Assembly (NCBI GenBank): GCA_965644295.1
Contig: CBFFRP010000333.1
Location: forward strand, 62,001 to 126,000
DNA from: Paraphysomonas bandaiensis
Lineage: Eukaryota; Protista; Chrysophyceae
DNA length: 64,000 nt
Direction: 5' to 3'
In this document: in pieces, positions 61,101 to 64,000 of the stretch
Layout: each line of letters begins with the position of its first letter
How positions within the stretch are numbered: position 1 is the stretch's first letter
Notes under the pieces: model-generated
Told to the model about the DNA's origin: nothing
Database searches by the model: none
What the model saw: the letters and a program-made list of their open reading frames with translations, nothing else
Program-made: the position numbers and the translations under genes

Positions 61101-63914
61101 CGAGTGAAACGATTACGTGCTATTGAAATAATATCTCAGAAAGCAAGTTTCAACACCAAAGGCGGAGGACACATAGATCGTGTGAAGTCTGGAAACTTTC
61201 GATGCTCCTGGGGTCGTAATAACCATGGATGTCCCAGTATGATATCGTGGCTATTGAATGATGGAACCCGCTGGCCCATCGATGACGTTGTCAAAGTCAT
61301 TATCGAACAAGATAGAATTAATGCTGCAGCAAAGGATGCTGGTGATAGTGCTTCACCAACAAAAGAAGGAAAGGAGGGGGATTCGAAGAAAAAGATGGAA
61401 AAGCAAGAATCAACCCACGCTCCTTCTGCGGTAGAAGATGACGACGATATCAGCCTTACTGCTGACATGAGTATTGCTGACCAGGATATCGATACGAAGA
61501 ATATTTTCAATTTGTTATATTCACCACAAACAGTTCGTACACAAGTGCAGAAACGTATGCAGATCATTTTCCTGAAAGAAATTTTACGTATCGTGAAGAC
61601 GAATTTCAACAAACATTTTGATAAGCTGTATCAGGAAAAAGAAGATGTTGTGTCTGGAATAAATGCAAAGAACGCCCGTATTAAAGAAATTGCGTCTGAA
61701 CTGGATGTTATGGACGAAGGTAGTGGAGTGGAACCCAAGTGGGACGACACTGAGATACACGACTCTGCCATAACTGTCAGTGATGAGGAGGTAAAGAGTC
61801 GTCCATATGAGACTGAGAAGATGCGTCGCCTACGCCTGGAGGAAGAAGAGAGGAAGCGTAGGGAAGCAGCAAATGACGACGATGATGGGAAGCAAAGGGC
61901 ATTGAATGATATGATGAATGGTACACTGGAAGTTAAGAGAGATGTGTTTGCCGAGGCATCTGCCTTGCAGCGTCCTGCTTGGATGGATGAAATTCCTCCA
62001 GAAGTAATGACGGATGCTCAGAAGAAGGAAGTTGAAGAGTTTGATGAGAAATACGCTGCTTTACAGGACGAGAAGGCGAAGTACAGGAAAAGTCTCGAAA
62101 TCGAAATGAAGCGCCTGAAAGTCGAAGTTCAGGAATCATCGAAGGCGTTTGACGAAAAATTGGTTCAAATGTCTAGGATCAAAATGCTTACACAGCGGGA
62201 GATTTTGGCGCAGGAGCTTTACATTAGTCGTTTGGCGCTGTCCATGGTGAAACGTGAACAGGCGTGGTCTATGCTAAAAGATACGGAAGAGTCAATCGAA
62301 AAGTGTCGGGTAAAACGCGAGAAAATTAATTCGAAGATTGATAGATTATCGATTGCGGTTGAGGAGGCAAAACAGCGACTTCAAACGGCTCAAGATGAAG
62401 AAAAAGCATTGGACCGATCTTTCAAGAGAGATTTACAGACGTTGTGCAACACAACATTTGATCAAGATACATTAAAACTGTTTTCTCAACTTTACCGAAT
62501 GCGTAAATATAACACTGTTGGTGTATCAGTGCACGACGAAGCTTCTGAAGTGTCAGATCATGTCGAGGGTAGGGCTTCTGGAAGAACTAGTACGAAGCGA
62601 AGGACTAGTCTTAAGCGCAGTATGGGAAGCTCTAAGGACAAATCTAGCATGCGCAAGTCAAAGGGAAACAGCGTTTCTAACAGAGGAGAAGCGCTCGGTC
62701 CTCTTCAGATGGCCGCGAAAGAAATGATTGAGCAAGATGCGCAAACGAAATCGCAGGCATCGTTTAAACTCAAGGATCCCTTTTATCAGATTCTCGTGGC
62801 CCAAGAACGCGAACAAAAAATGGCTGATAGTCAGATTCCTTTACTATCTCCCCTACATATTGAGCTTGATTGTCCCGAGGGTTTCAATGTTGATCCATAT
62901 GTCTGGTCTAAGCTCCAGGAGCTTCGACTTACTCGAATATCTAAAGAAATCGAGGCAAAGAACGAGCTGAAGAAATACAGTGAATTGAAGAAGAAACTTG
63001 ATAGTTTGTCCAACGAGGAAGATGCTGTACACGCGGAGGCGGTTAGTTTGCGCTCGAAGCGTGAGAGTATCATTGAGCGTATTGTGAACTTGATGGAAGA
63101 TTTGGAGGTAGTAATTGCTGCGAAACAAGGGCAGGAAGAAGTGGATTCGGATGCCGTTGTGACAGACTATAGCGATGCGAAGTTGATACCAACATCTATT
63201 ATTAAGAAATACAATACACGTATCAATGAGCTAGGAAAGGAGAAAATTGGAGTCTTAGTTAAAATAAAACAGTTCCGGCGTAAAATGAATTTGGTTGATT
63301 GGGAAGCTCAACATTTGCAACTCGAGGCATGGCACCTGGAGGAATATTATACCGATTCCCAATTGTTTAGAGTTACCCGTGACCTGCAACGTGTTATTAA
63401 GGACGGATCAGATGCTGACCAAGCGAAGGTACCTTCGTATATTTGTAATACATCGTATGTAATACTTTGTTTTTAGGGCCGCCAAGAAAAAATTTCTGTC
63501 AGAAAAGATTTCAAAAAGAAAGATGCCGAGACTAAGCTTGCAAAAATATCGAAAGCTATTGAGCTGATGAAGGCCCAAATTGAGGAGCGTGAGTCTGAAA
63601 ACAGAAAGTTCCAAGAAAAGATTAGCACGTTGAGAGGAGAAGTAGCAGTGCGAGAACAAGTTGTGAGACATGGCTCTCGTGGTTCAGGCAGTGTTGGAGG
63701 TGGTGAAGGCCTTGCCGCGACCTCGACTTTGAGAGCCACGGCGAGAATGAAGAAGGTTGTCGCCCGAAGAAAATTGGTTGATACTGCACGTGTACAAGCC
63801 GAGGAGATAGATTACCTAAAGCAAGAGCTTGACAAAATGCGCCAGAAAACTTTTCCGAGTTTTGTTCGAGCAACTCGCACTCGTCTTGTCTACAATCCAG
63901 ATGAAAGAGTGTAA
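58107..63914 (+). CDS. CFAP43: Cilia- and flagella-associated protein 43 (WDR96)
   Basis: N-terminal WD40 propellers, long coiled-coil C-half with RQQCWDSM, FNKHFDKLYQEKED, KQGQEEV, and terminal RRKLVDTARVQAEEIDYLKQELDKMRQKTFPSF; intron 63429-63476. Confidence 0.9.
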
Positions 63915-64000
63915 TATTGCTATATTTCTGCATGTTTGCGAATTATCATCCATATCCTGATTGTATACCAGTAATCGAAGTATTTGTTATGTTAATGAAT

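Noticed and set aside
58256-63933. Numerous antisense/alternate-frame ORFs over CFAP43 and other genes
   Set aside because: Shadow ORFs of long coding exons without domain signatures.

Overview
Gene-dense eukaryotic nuclear DNA with short (~45-60 nt) spliceosomal introns, from a flagellated protist. A stramenopile is my inference, not proven. About 18 protein genes: partial ARM/IQ protein, AGC kinase, NBR1-like receptor, PSP1-domain protein, Tudor-C2-coiled-coil protein, RA-PH(-RGS) protein, WDR17, signal-peptide TPR-GT41 fusion, TauE/SafE, VTC4, ankyrin protein, IFT27, TTL-family ligase, Cys-rich membrane protein, Tudor/TTC23-like TPR protein, S1P lyase, UTP11 and CFAP43. Also tRNA-Asn(GTT), tRNA-Glu(CTC), a (TATG)71 microsatellite and a non-autonomous hAT element with TIRs and an 8-bp TSD. 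The standout is a repeat cluster at 22.1-25.2 kb, upstream of tRNA-Asn. It holds three copies of a ~320-350 nt non-coding element whose shared 5' end folds like an HDV-type self-cleaving ribozyme resembling the trypanosomatid Ingi/L1Tc 5' hallmark. This suggests a ribozyme-headed non-autonomous retroposon family. All assignments were made by eye with no database searches. Exon boundaries and some start codons are approximate.
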